In this document: piece after piece, positions 34,223-42,134 of the stretch
How the letters are laid out: each line of letters starts with the position of its first letter
Numbering within the stretch: the stretch's first letter is position 1
Assembly (NCBI GenBank): GCA_038320185.1
Contig: JBBQDZ010000001.1
Span: 1 to 42,429 of the forward strand
Source: Gaiellales bacterium
GTDB lineage: Bacteria; Actinomycetota; Thermoleophilia; Gaiellales; Gaiellaceae
Length of the DNA: 42,429 nucleotides
Direction of reading: 5' to 3'
Program-made: the position numbers and the translations under genes
The notes under the pieces: generated by a model
The model's input: only the letters and a program-made list of their open reading frames with translations
Told to the model about the DNA's origin: nothing
Database searches by the model: none

Positions 34223-34333
34223 CGGCGCGGCAGGGCGGCGGCGAAGAGGAGGAGGGAGACGAGGTTCATCGAGACCTGTAACGACCTCCGGGACGTGCGG
34301 CTTCCTCCCTGCCGTTCACGCGGCGGTGCCGCT

Positions 34334-35068
34334 TCAGGCGCCCTCGGCAGCCATACGCTCGAACACCTCGATCGCCTCCTCGGCGGTCGGGACCTCGAGC
34401 AGGTTCTCTGCGACGAACTCGTCCGCGGCGGGCCACCCAGAACGCCGGATTCGCTCCGCCGCGGCGTCCACGTCGTACTCGGTACGCCGGAACTCGATCC
34501 CCGGGCCGAGCGCCGCCCAGTAGGCGCCGGGGCGATCGGCGTAAGGCATCCCCACACTGCCGGCGTTTGCGACGCGTCGACCGCCGACCGGCAGCAGGAA
34601 CTGCACATGCGTGTGGCCGACCACCACGAGACGCTCCTCGACGCCCGCGAAGAGCTCTCGCAGCCGCCCCGGAGGCGTCCACGGCGTGAAGATCGGCTCG
34701 TCGCTCGCGGGAACCGCGTGGCAGAAGAGCGTCGGCCCGAGGCCGTCGATCTCGAGCGAGATCCTCGGCTCGAAGGCGGCAATCGTTCCGAGCTGCTCGC
34801 GCGCGAGCCGCTCCCTGCACCACTGGAATTCGGTTTGGCGCTCGGAAGGCACGGCGTCGAGCTCTCCGAGCAGCGCGCGGTCGGCGTTCCCCATCACGAA
34901 GCGGCCCCCCGTCGAGAGGGCGAGCTCGAGCGCCTCGGCCGGAAACGGGCCCGGGACCAGATCACCGCCGAAGACGATGTCGTCCACCCGCGCGCGCTCG
35001 ACTTCGGCGAGCACGGCTTCGAGGGCCGGCAGGTTTCCGTGGACGTCGTAGACGGCGGCGACGCGCAC
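34334..35068 (-). CDS. Metallophosphoesterase (calcineurin-like, YfcE/MJ0936-like)
   Basis: Motifs YDVHGN, GGDLV, MGNAD and VVVGHTHVQF. 244 aa. Confidence 0.8.
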   Translation of the reverse strand: MRVAAVYDVHGNLPALEAVLAEVERARVDDIVFGGDLVPGPFPAEALELALSTGGRFVMGNADRALLGELDAVPSERQTEFQWCRERLAREQLGTIAAFEPRISLEIDGLGPTLFCHAVPASDEPIFTPWTPPGRLRELFAGVEERLVVVGHTHVQFLLPVGGRRVANAGSVGMPYADRPGAYWAALGPGIEFRRTEYDVDAAAERIRRSGWPAADEFVAENLLEVPTAEEAIEVFERMAAEGA

Positions 35069-35082
35069 GCGGTGATGGGCGT

Positions 35083-35592
35083 CTAGTAGGCGTCCTGCTG
35101 CTCGTCGCCGCCGACGCCTGCGCCGACGCCGGCGATCACCGATTCCTGCGAGCGCTCGTGCAGTCGCTCGCGACCGCGTTTGACCGCACTCAGGAACTTG
35201 TCGAGGTTGACTTCGAGCGTCGAGAGGATCCCGTCAGCCCAGTCCTCCATCTCGAGCCGGGTCTCCCGTGCGGTGCGGCGGGAATCCTCGACGATCTCCT
35301 GGGCCTGCCGCTCGGCGAGCTTCACGATCTCGGTCTGGGAGGCCTCGCGCACGGCCTGCTCGCGCGCCTCTCCAAGGATCCGGTCGCACTCGCGCTTCGC
35401 CTCGGCGAGCATCTCCTGGCGCTCCTTGACGATCCAGCGAGCCTGCTTGATCTCCTCCGGAATGGTCGCGCGCATCTGGTCGAGGATGTCGTAGATCTCC
35501 TCACGGTCGATCCGCACCTGGTCGGTGAGCGGCACGGCCTTCGCGTTGTGCACCAGGTCGTCGAGCTTGTCGATCAGAACGAGGACGTCCAT
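35083..35592 (-). CDS. Conserved coiled-coil protein of unknown function (ATP-synthase subunit b-like heptad region)
   Basis: MDVLVLIDKLDDLVHNAKAVPLTDQVRIDREEIYDILDQMRATIPEEIKQARWIVKERQ..., a charged heptad-rich sequence. It is tightly packed between coaD and the phosphoesterase. Confidence 0.6.
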   Translation of the reverse strand: MDVLVLIDKLDDLVHNAKAVPLTDQVRIDREEIYDILDQMRATIPEEIKQARWIVKERQEMLAEAKRECDRILGEAREQAVREASQTEIVKLAERQAQEIVEDSRRTARETRLEMEDWADGILSTLEVNLDKFLSAVKRGRERLHERSQESVIAGVGAGVGGDEQQDAY

Positions 35593-35604
35593 GTCTCTCC
35601 AAGT

Positions 35605-36135
35605 CTACTCTTGCGGGCTGACGGGAGCCCCCGGCCTACCCTGGGGGTACAGCTCCCGAAACCGGTCGGCGACCGGCTCCGGGACTAGCTCGTCCACCTT
35701 TCCGCCGAAGGAGGCGATCTCCTTCACCCCGCTCGAGGAGACGAAGCTGTACTGCGGGCTCGCCATCAGGTACATCGTCTCGACCTCGGGGGCGAGATAG
35801 CGGTTCAGGTGATTCATCTGGAACTCCCACTCGAAGTCCGAGATCACGCGCAGGCCCTTCACCATCGTCTTCGCACCCCACCGGCGGGCGAAGTCGACGA
35901 CGAGCTCGGAGAAGACGTCCACCTCGACGTTCCGGCTCTCTCGCAGAGCGTCCGTCAGGAAGCGGACGCGGTCCTCGACCGAGAACGTCGACGTCTTGTG
36001 GCGCGAATCGCGCACCACGCCGACGACGACGCGCTCGAAGATGGAGGCAGCGCGGGTGATCACGTCGAGGTGCCCGTTCGTGACCGGGTCGTAGTTCCCA
36101 GGGCAGATGCACGTGACGGGGCTGGCGGTGCTCAC
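35605..36135 (-). CDS. coaD: Phosphopantetheine adenylyltransferase
   Basis: CPGNYDPVTNGHLDVI (T/HxGH motif) and SSSGVKE. The preferred start is GTG 36135. TTG 36186 is the alternative start. Confidence 0.9.
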   Translation of the reverse strand: MSTASPVTCICPGNYDPVTNGHLDVITRAASIFERVVVGVVRDSRHKTSTFSVEDRVRFLTDALRESRNVEVDVFSELVVDFARRWGAKTMVKGLRVISDFEWEFQMNHLNRYLAPEVETMYLMASPQYSFVSSSGVKEIASFGGKVDELVPEPVADRFRELYPQGRPGAPVSPQE

Positions 36136-36213
36136 AGTGGAACCTGTCGGGATTGACGCGACACCGGAGGCCAGCCGGGATTGCAACCAGCTGGATCTGC
36201 GATCACTTGGTGC

Positions 36214-36750
36214 TCACGGGTGGTGGAAGAGCGTCAGCCGCGCGGAGCCGTATCGCCGGCTCATGCGCTTCTCGAGCGGCAACTCGGGCTCCTCGCGCGC
36301 CTCCGTCTCGACGAGGAGGAGGCCTTCGGGGGCGAGAACGGCCGGAACATAGGCGGCAATGGTCGCTTGCAAGGTGGAGAACAGACGGTAGGGCGGATCG
36401 ACGAGCACGAGATCGTAACGCCTGCCCGCGCGAGCCTCGGCCTCGAGAGCTCTGGGTGCGTCCTGGCAGAGCACCGCTGCACCCGTCAGGCGGAGCTTCT
36501 CGAGGTTCCGACCGATCGTCTCGCAAGCAGCCCGGTCGGCCTCGACGAAGACGGCGCTGACCGCCCCCCGCGACAGCGCCTCGAGCCCCATGGCACCGGA
36601 GCCCGCGAAGAGGTCGAGGACGGACCCGCCGTCGAGCGGCCCGATGAGGTTGAAGGCCGCCTCGCGGACGCGATCACCCGTCGGCCGAGTCGTCTCGCCT
36701 TTCGGCGCCTCGATGCGCTGGCCCTTGCGGCTGCCGGCGATGATCCTCAC
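36214..36750 (-). CDS. rsmD: 16S rRNA (guanine966-N2)-methyltransferase RsmD
   Basis: MRIIAGSRKGQRI, TRPTGDRVREAAFN, LDLFAGSGAMGLEALSRG and VDPPY motifs. Confidence 0.9.
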   Translation of the reverse strand: MRIIAGSRKGQRIEAPKGETTRPTGDRVREAAFNLIGPLDGGSVLDLFAGSGAMGLEALSRGAVSAVFVEADRAACETIGRNLEKLRLTGAAVLCQDAPRALEAEARAGRRYDLVLVDPPYRLFSTLQATIAAYVPAVLAPEGLLLVETEAREEPELPLEKRMSRRYGSARLTLFHHP

Positions 36751-36756
36751 CGAGAA

Positions 36757-36762
36757 AGGCTA
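36757..36762 (-). promoter_or_regulatory. -10-like hexamer TAGCCT, 6 nt upstream of the rsmD GTG
   Basis: The minus strand reads CG TAGCCT TTCTCG GTG. Confidence 0.35.
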
Positions 36763-36836
36763 CGCACCCGCGTGGACACCGGTGAGCAGACGCTGGACGG
36801 GCCGGGGAGAACGAAGCCTCGGCGGACCCGTCCTGA

Positions 36837-37017
36837 GGGGACACGGCCGGGGACAGACCCTGGACGAGGGGGACACGGCCGGGGACAGACCCTGGACGAG
36901 GGGGCGGAGAACGACGCCAGGGCAGACGCGTCGCGAGACGCCCTGGCCAGGGACAGACCCTGGCCGCGTCCTGCGATGTCCTGGCCGCCGAGGCCACGGC
37001 CGGGGACAGACCTTCGG
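36837..37017. repeat. Cluster of GC-rich hairpin repeats: two tandem 32-nt units plus two further core copies
   Basis: GGGGACACGGCCGGGGACAGACCCTGGACGAG occurs twice in tandem (36837-36868 and 36869-36900; the second copy carries one extra G and is offset by 1 nt). The core CC(G/A)GGGACAGACCCTGG recurs at 36947-36963, and CCGGGGACAGACC at 37000-37012. Each core can fold as CCRGGG-ACAGA-CCCTGG. Confidence 0.8.
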
Positions 37018-37160
37018 CGATGCCAAGGTGCTGCGGGGGCGAAGGACGGCGCCCGGGCGTACGCGTCCCGAGCCGACGACGGGGCGACTGGTGCGGCGCC
37101 GATCGACACTCGAGGCAAGCGTCCGCGCCGGACGCCTGCTCTCGCGGCTCGGTACGACCC

Positions 37161-39179
37161 CTACGCCGTCGATGCCGCGTCTGCGAAGAGGCGCTCCACC
37201 TCGTCGTCGAGCGGGCCTGCGACGTCCACGAGCGCCTCCGCCTCCCGGCGCGCCGACTCGAGCAGCGGCCGGTCGGCGCGCAGCCGGGCGAAACGCAGAT
37301 CCGACCAGCCCGACTGCCGCGTCCCGAGAAGCTGGCCCTCGCCGCGGAGATCCAGGTCGACCTCCGCGAGCTCGAAACCGTCCGTCGTGCGGACGAGGGC
37401 CTCCAGCCGTTTCGCGGCCACATCCGTCAGCTCCTCCTTACCGCGCGACACGAGGAGGCAGTACGACTGCTCCGCACCGCGCCCGACGCGTCCGCGTAGC
37501 TGGTGCAGCTGCGCGAGCCCGAACCGATCGGCCTCCTGGACGATCATGATCGTCGCGTTCGGAACGTCCACACCGACCTCGATCACGGTCGTCGCAACGA
37601 GGACGTCGAGCTCGCCGGCCTTAAACGCGGCCATCAGCTCTCGCCTCTCCCCGGGCCGCAGCCGCCCGTGGAGGAGCCCCACCCGATAGCCCCGCAGCTC
37701 GGCGCTGCGGAGGCGCTCGGCCTCGGCTTCGGCGGCCCGGGCGACCGAGGCCTCGGATTCCTCGATCAGCGGGCAGACGACGTAGGCCTGGCGCCCCGCG
37801 TCGAGATGCTTGCGCAGGCGGCGATAGGCCTCGGCCGAGCGCTCGGCGGTCACCCACGCCGTCACGATCGGCTTGCGCGACGCCGGCGAGTGGGCGATCT
37901 CGGTCACGCGCAGGTCTCCGTAGAGCGTGAGCGCGAGCGTGCGCGGGATCGGCGTCGCGGTCATGTGCAGAACGTGCGGGAGCTGCGTGCGTCCGGCGAC
38001 GAGGGCGGCCCGCTGCTGGACCCCGAAGCGATGCTGCTCGTCGACCACCGCGACCGCGAGCGCTCGAAGGTCGACGCCTTCCTGGATGAGCGCGTGGGTT
38101 CCGGCGACGATCGAGGCGCCGGCGATCCCCGCCCGCTCGCGCTTACCGGTCGAGCTCGTGAGGAGCGCGCAGGAGACTCCGAGCTCGCGGCAGATCGGCT
38201 CGAGGGTCAGGAAGTGCTGTTCGGCGAGGGTCTCGGTTGGTGCCATGAACGCCCCCTGACGCCCCGCCTCGACGGCGCGCAGGAGCGCGTAGAGCGCGAC
38301 CACCGTCTTACCGGAGCCGACGTCTCCATGGAGAAGTCGCTGCATCGGCACGGGGCGCTCGAGATCTGCGTCGATCTCGGCGATCGCGCGTTCCTGATCG
38401 GCCGTGAGCGTGAACGGGAGGAGCTCGCGGTAGCGCCGGACGAGCGACCCGGGTTCTGCAAGCGCCGGCGCCGCGGCCTCGTCCTGGCCGCGCCTTCGGC
38501 GCGCGAGGCCGAGCTGCAGCGCAAGCAGCTCGTCGAAGGCGAGCCGCCGCCGCCCCTCCTCGGCCTCGCTCTGCGTCCGGGGCCGGTGGAGCGCGACGAC
38601 CGCGTCGGCGCGCAGCGGCAGCCCTGCGCGCTCCTTCAGCTCGGCGGGAAGAGGGTCCGCCCAGTCCCTCGCGTGACCGAGAGCCGCCTCCACGAGCTCC
38701 CGCAGGCGCTTCGGTGTCACCTCCTCGCTCGCGGGGTAGACCGGCGCAAGGTCGGCGGTCGCAGAGCCGCCGTTCACGTCGTAGGAGCGAACGGAAAACT
38801 CGCTCCTCCGAAGTTGGCCGCGAAGCCGGACCCGTGTTCCCTGCTCGAGCTTCGCGGCGAGCCAGGGCTGGTTGAACCAGATCGCCGTGACCTCGCCGGT
38901 CGCATCCGCGACGGTTGCCTTGAGGACACTCGCCCGCCTTCGCGTGGGACGGAGCGCGATACGCAGGACCTCGCCGACGATCACCGTCTCCTCCTCGCCG
39001 AAGAGGTCGGCGATCGCCGTCTCCCCCACGGCGCTCTGGTAGTCGCGCGGGCGGTAGGTGAGCAGGTCGCCGACCGTCAGGAGCCCGAGCTTCGCGAGCC
39101 GGCGCTTCAGCTGCGGCCCCACCCCCGGCAGGCTCTCCACCGTCAGCTCGAGCCGCTCCGGCCGCGGGCTTCCGCGCAA
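37161..39179 (-). CDS. recG: ATP-dependent DNA helicase RecG
   Basis: Wedge/OB N-terminus, GDVGSGKT, DEQHRFG and QLHQLRGRVGRG motifs. 672 aa from a TTG start (start uncertain). Confidence 0.9.
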   Translation of the reverse strand: MRGSPRPERLELTVESLPGVGPQLKRRLAKLGLLTVGDLLTYRPRDYQSAVGETAIADLFGEEETVIVGEVLRIALRPTRRRASVLKATVADATGEVTAIWFNQPWLAAKLEQGTRVRLRGQLRRSEFSVRSYDVNGGSATADLAPVYPASEEVTPKRLRELVEAALGHARDWADPLPAELKERAGLPLRADAVVALHRPRTQSEAEEGRRRLAFDELLALQLGLARRRRGQDEAAAPALAEPGSLVRRYRELLPFTLTADQERAIAEIDADLERPVPMQRLLHGDVGSGKTVVALYALLRAVEAGRQGAFMAPTETLAEQHFLTLEPICRELGVSCALLTSSTGKRERAGIAGASIVAGTHALIQEGVDLRALAVAVVDEQHRFGVQQRAALVAGRTQLPHVLHMTATPIPRTLALTLYGDLRVTEIAHSPASRKPIVTAWVTAERSAEAYRRLRKHLDAGRQAYVVCPLIEESEASVARAAEAEAERLRSAELRGYRVGLLHGRLRPGERRELMAAFKAGELDVLVATTVIEVGVDVPNATIMIVQEADRFGLAQLHQLRGRVGRGAEQSYCLLVSRGKEELTDVAAKRLEALVRTTDGFELAEVDLDLRGEGQLLGTRQSGWSDLRFARLRADRPLLESARREAEALVDVAGPLDDEVERLFADAASTA

Positions 39180-39280
39180 CCTTGGCCAGGCCTCGATTCG
39201 GTCCAGGCTCGCAAACCCCGTCGGTACGCGCCGATTGGCCAGGGCGCTTCGAGTATAGGAGCCGAACCGGCGGGCTCAGT

Positions 39281-40147
39281 CTAGGCGTCGCGGTCGTCGA
39301 ACCAGAAGAACCCGACGGTGCCCGGGCCTGCGTGCGCCCCGACGACCGCGCCGAGGCTGGCAACGATCTCGAGCTCCGCCTCCGGCCGCGTGCGCCGCAC
39401 TAGCTCCCGCAGTGCCTGCTCGCGCTCGGGGGCGTCCGCCTGCGCGATGCCAACCCGCAATCCGGGCCCCGGTCGCGAGCCCTCCTCGAAGGATCGCACG
39501 AACTCCTGGAAGGCCTTCTGGTTTCCCCGCACGCGCTTCAGCGGGACGACCTCGCCGCCGGAGATGGTGAGGATCGGCTTGATGTGCAGGAGCTGCCCCG
39601 CCATGGCACTCGCTCGACCGATCCGTCCGCCCTTCGCAAGGAACTCCAGCGTGTCGACGGTGAAGAGCAGACGCGCTTCGTGGCGGTACCGCTCGACGAG
39701 CACCTCGAGCGCCTCGTCGCTCGTCCCGCCGTCAAGGCGGCGCTGGAACGCCAGCCCGAGCAGCGCGATCCCTGCGGATGCGGTACCGGTGTCGACTACC
39801 CGCACCCGGTCTCCCCCAAGCTCCTGCGCGGCCCGCCGCGCGCTCTCCACCGTGCCGGAGAGCCGCCCCGAGATGTGGAGCGAGTAGATCCGCTCGTAGT
39901 CGGAGAGCTGCTCGTACACCGAGAGGAAGTCGGCCGGCGTCGGCTGCGAGGTCGTCGGGAGCGCCTCCGCGGAACGAAGGCGAGCGTAGAACTCGTGCGG
40001 CCCGAGCTCCACGTAGTCCCGGTAGCTCTCGTCGCCGAAGCGCACGTAGAGCGGCACGACGCGCCAGTTTCGGAAGCGCTCCGGCGCCTGCGGGAAGTCC
40101 GCCGTCGAGTCGAGGACGATCGCCGTGTTCTGCGCCGTCAGGTTCAT
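39281..40147 (-). CDS. degV: DegV family fatty-acid-binding protein (FakB-type)
   Basis: N-terminus MNLTAQNTAIVLDSTADFP, SGRLSGT motif, 288 aa. ATGA overlap with the upstream receiver gene. Confidence 0.85.
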   Translation of the reverse strand: MNLTAQNTAIVLDSTADFPQAPERFRNWRVVPLYVRFGDESYRDYVELGPHEFYARLRSAEALPTTSQPTPADFLSVYEQLSDYERIYSLHISGRLSGTVESARRAAQELGGDRVRVVDTGTASAGIALLGLAFQRRLDGGTSDEALEVLVERYRHEARLLFTVDTLEFLAKGGRIGRASAMAGQLLHIKPILTISGGEVVPLKRVRGNQKAFQEFVRSFEEGSRPGPGLRVGIAQADAPEREQALRELVRRTRPEAELEIVASLGAVVGAHAGPGTVGFFWFDDRDA

Positions 40148-40530
40148 GCGGCCGCGCGCCTCGCCGCACGGTGGATCGCGTCGACGATCTCGTCCAGCGC
40201 TCGGTCTTTCGTCAGGAGCTCGGTGCCCGTGGCACAGAGCGCGGTCGCCTGCTCGGAATCCACCGAGGCGCTGAGGCAGACGAGGCCAACCTCGGGGCAG
40301 CTCTCTCGCAAGGCCTCGGTCAGCCGCAGCCCGTCGAGGCCCGGCAGGCGGTAGTCCATCAACAGCACGTCCGGCTTCCGGGCACGGCAGGCGACGACGG
40401 CATCCGAACCGTCGGCGACCGATCCGACGACCTCGACGTCGTCTCGCAGCCCGAAAAGGAGCTCGAGCGACTCCCGGAAGACATCGTTGTCCTCGACAAG
40501 AACGACGCGAGTCGGCCGGCCGCCGCTCAC
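40144..40530 (-). CDS. Stand-alone response-regulator receiver domain (NarL/FixJ-type REC, no output domain)
   Basis: VVLVEDNDVF (acidic pocket), DVLLMDYRLPGLDG (phospho-acceptor Asp), VCLSAS (Ser/Thr position) and LLTKD (Lys). 128 aa. GTGA overlap with the yloV stop and ATGA overlap with the degV start. Confidence 0.85.
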   Translation of the reverse strand: MSGGRPTRVVLVEDNDVFRESLELLFGLRDDVEVVGSVADGSDAVVACRARKPDVLLMDYRLPGLDGLRLTEALRESCPEVGLVCLSASVDSEQATALCATGTELLTKDRALDEIVDAIHRAARRAAA

Positions 40531-42119
40531 TCAGCCGAGATCAGGACCGGGTAGTGCGGCTGGCCGCCCACTTGAACGTCGAGCTCGAGGAGCGGGTGAC
40601 GCTCGGAGAGCTCGGCGAGCAGGGTCTCGAGCTCCGGCTCCTCGGCTCCCGTTAGGAATGTGACGAGACTGCGCGGCTCGGCGAGCAAACGGTCGACGAC
40701 CGCCCTCGTCACCTGCTCGAAGCTTGCACCCGAGGCGACCGGCTCCCCGTCGGCGAGCCCGAGGTAGGAGCCTTTCCGCACCAACAGCCCGTCGAGCTGC
40801 GCGTCACGTGAGGCGACCGTGACCTCGCCGGTTGCGACACCGCCGATCGCCTCGGTCATCGCCTCCGCGTTCTTCGCGGCGCTGTGGGAGGGGTCGAAGG
40901 CGACCATCGCCGCCACTCCCCGCTGGATGGAGTCGGAGCGGACGACCCGGAGCGGCTTGGACGCGAGCGTTGCCGCCTGCTGCGCCGTGAGGATGACGTT
41001 CGGGTTGTTCGGGAGCAGGACGATCTCGACGGCGTCCGTTCGCTCGGCCGCGGCGACGAGCTCGGCGGCGGAGGGGTTCATCGTCTGGCCGCCCTCGACG
41101 ACCAACGCCGCCCCCAGGCTCTCGAGGATGCGCCGGTTGCCCTCGCCTGCGGCGACCGCCACCACGCCGCAGGTCGCGGTCGCCGTCCCGGCGGTGCCGG
41201 CGCGCAGCCGCTCCTCTCGAGCCAGCGTCTGAGCGTGCATGTTCGCGATCTCGACGCGATCGACGACTCCGATCGCGGTCCCCGCCGCGAGCGCGGCCCC
41301 CGGCTCGTCGGTGTGGAGGTGCACCTTCAGGGCCTTGAGGTCACCGACCACGAGCAGGGAGTCCCCGAGGCGCTCGAGCCGATGCTCCAGCGCCGCGGCG
41401 TCGAGACCCTCACCCTCGACCACGAATCCCGTGCAGTAGCGGTAGCGCGAAAGCTCCTGGTGGAGGGCGTCCAGGCTCACGCCGTGCTCGGGCGCCGCGG
41501 ACTCCGGAACGGGCTCGCCCCGAACCCCGGAGGCGAAGCCGCGAACGAGCTCGAGCAACCCCGCGCCGCCCGCGTCGACGACGCCCGCCTCGCGAAGCAC
41601 CGCCAGGTGCTCCGGGGTCGAGGCGAGCGAGCGCTCGCCTCGTCTCACCACTGCGAGGACGAGCTCGTCGAGGTGGGCGGATGGGTCGACGCCCTCAGCC
41701 TCCTCCGCGAGCTCACGAGCCACGGTCAGGATCGTGCCTTCGGCCGGCTCCCGAACGGCGGCGTAGGCGGCATCGGCGGCTCCGCGTAGCGCACGCGCGA
41801 GCAGCGGGGGGTCAATCGGCCCCTCGGTCCCCCCCAGCACTTCGGCCGCACCGCGGACGATCTGGGAGAGGATGACGCCAGAGTTGCCGCGTGCGCCGAG
41901 GAGCGCGGCACGCGTGCACTCCCGCGCGAGCGAGGGGCGGTCGGTGGCCTGCGAGGCTTCGAGCGCCTCGACGACGGCACGGCTCGTGAGCGCCATGTTC
42001 GTCCCGGTGTCACCGTCGGGTACGGGGTAGACGTTGAGGTCGTCGATCCGCTGCCGGGCGGCATCGAGCGCCGCCACAGCCGAACGGGAGAGCGCCCGCG
42101 TCACCTCGAGATCGTTCAT
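40527..42119 (-). CDS. yloV: DAK2-domain fusion protein YloV (FakA-type fatty acid kinase subunit)
   Basis: DDLNVYPVPDGDTGTNM DAK2 motif and a C-terminal DegV-like/YloV domain. 530 aa. Conserved position upstream of recG. Confidence 0.85.
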   Translation of the reverse strand: MNDLEVTRALSRSAVAALDAARQRIDDLNVYPVPDGDTGTNMALTSRAVVEALEASQATDRPSLARECTRAALLGARGNSGVILSQIVRGAAEVLGGTEGPIDPPLLARALRGAADAAYAAVREPAEGTILTVARELAEEAEGVDPSAHLDELVLAVVRRGERSLASTPEHLAVLREAGVVDAGGAGLLELVRGFASGVRGEPVPESAAPEHGVSLDALHQELSRYRYCTGFVVEGEGLDAAALEHRLERLGDSLLVVGDLKALKVHLHTDEPGAALAAGTAIGVVDRVEIANMHAQTLAREERLRAGTAGTATATCGVVAVAAGEGNRRILESLGAALVVEGGQTMNPSAAELVAAAERTDAVEIVLLPNNPNVILTAQQAATLASKPLRVVRSDSIQRGVAAMVAFDPSHSAAKNAEAMTEAIGGVATGEVTVASRDAQLDGLLVRKGSYLGLADGEPVASGASFEQVTRAVVDRLLAEPRSLVTFLTGAEEPELETLLAELSERHPLLELDVQVGGQPHYPVLISAE

Positions 42120-42128
42120 TGGAGCAGG

Positions 42129-42134
42129 ACCTTA
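42129..42134 (-). promoter_or_regulatory. -10-like hexamer TAAGGT, 9 nt upstream of the yloV ATG
   Basis: The minus strand reads CA TAAGGT CCTGCTCCA ATG. Confidence 0.3.

Noticed and set aside
36837-36900. Whether the 32-nt direct repeats are a CRISPR array.
   Set aside because: The two units are directly adjacent with no spacers. The other copies are only partial cores at irregular distances, and no cas genes occur in the window. A tandem or REP-like repeat is the better description.
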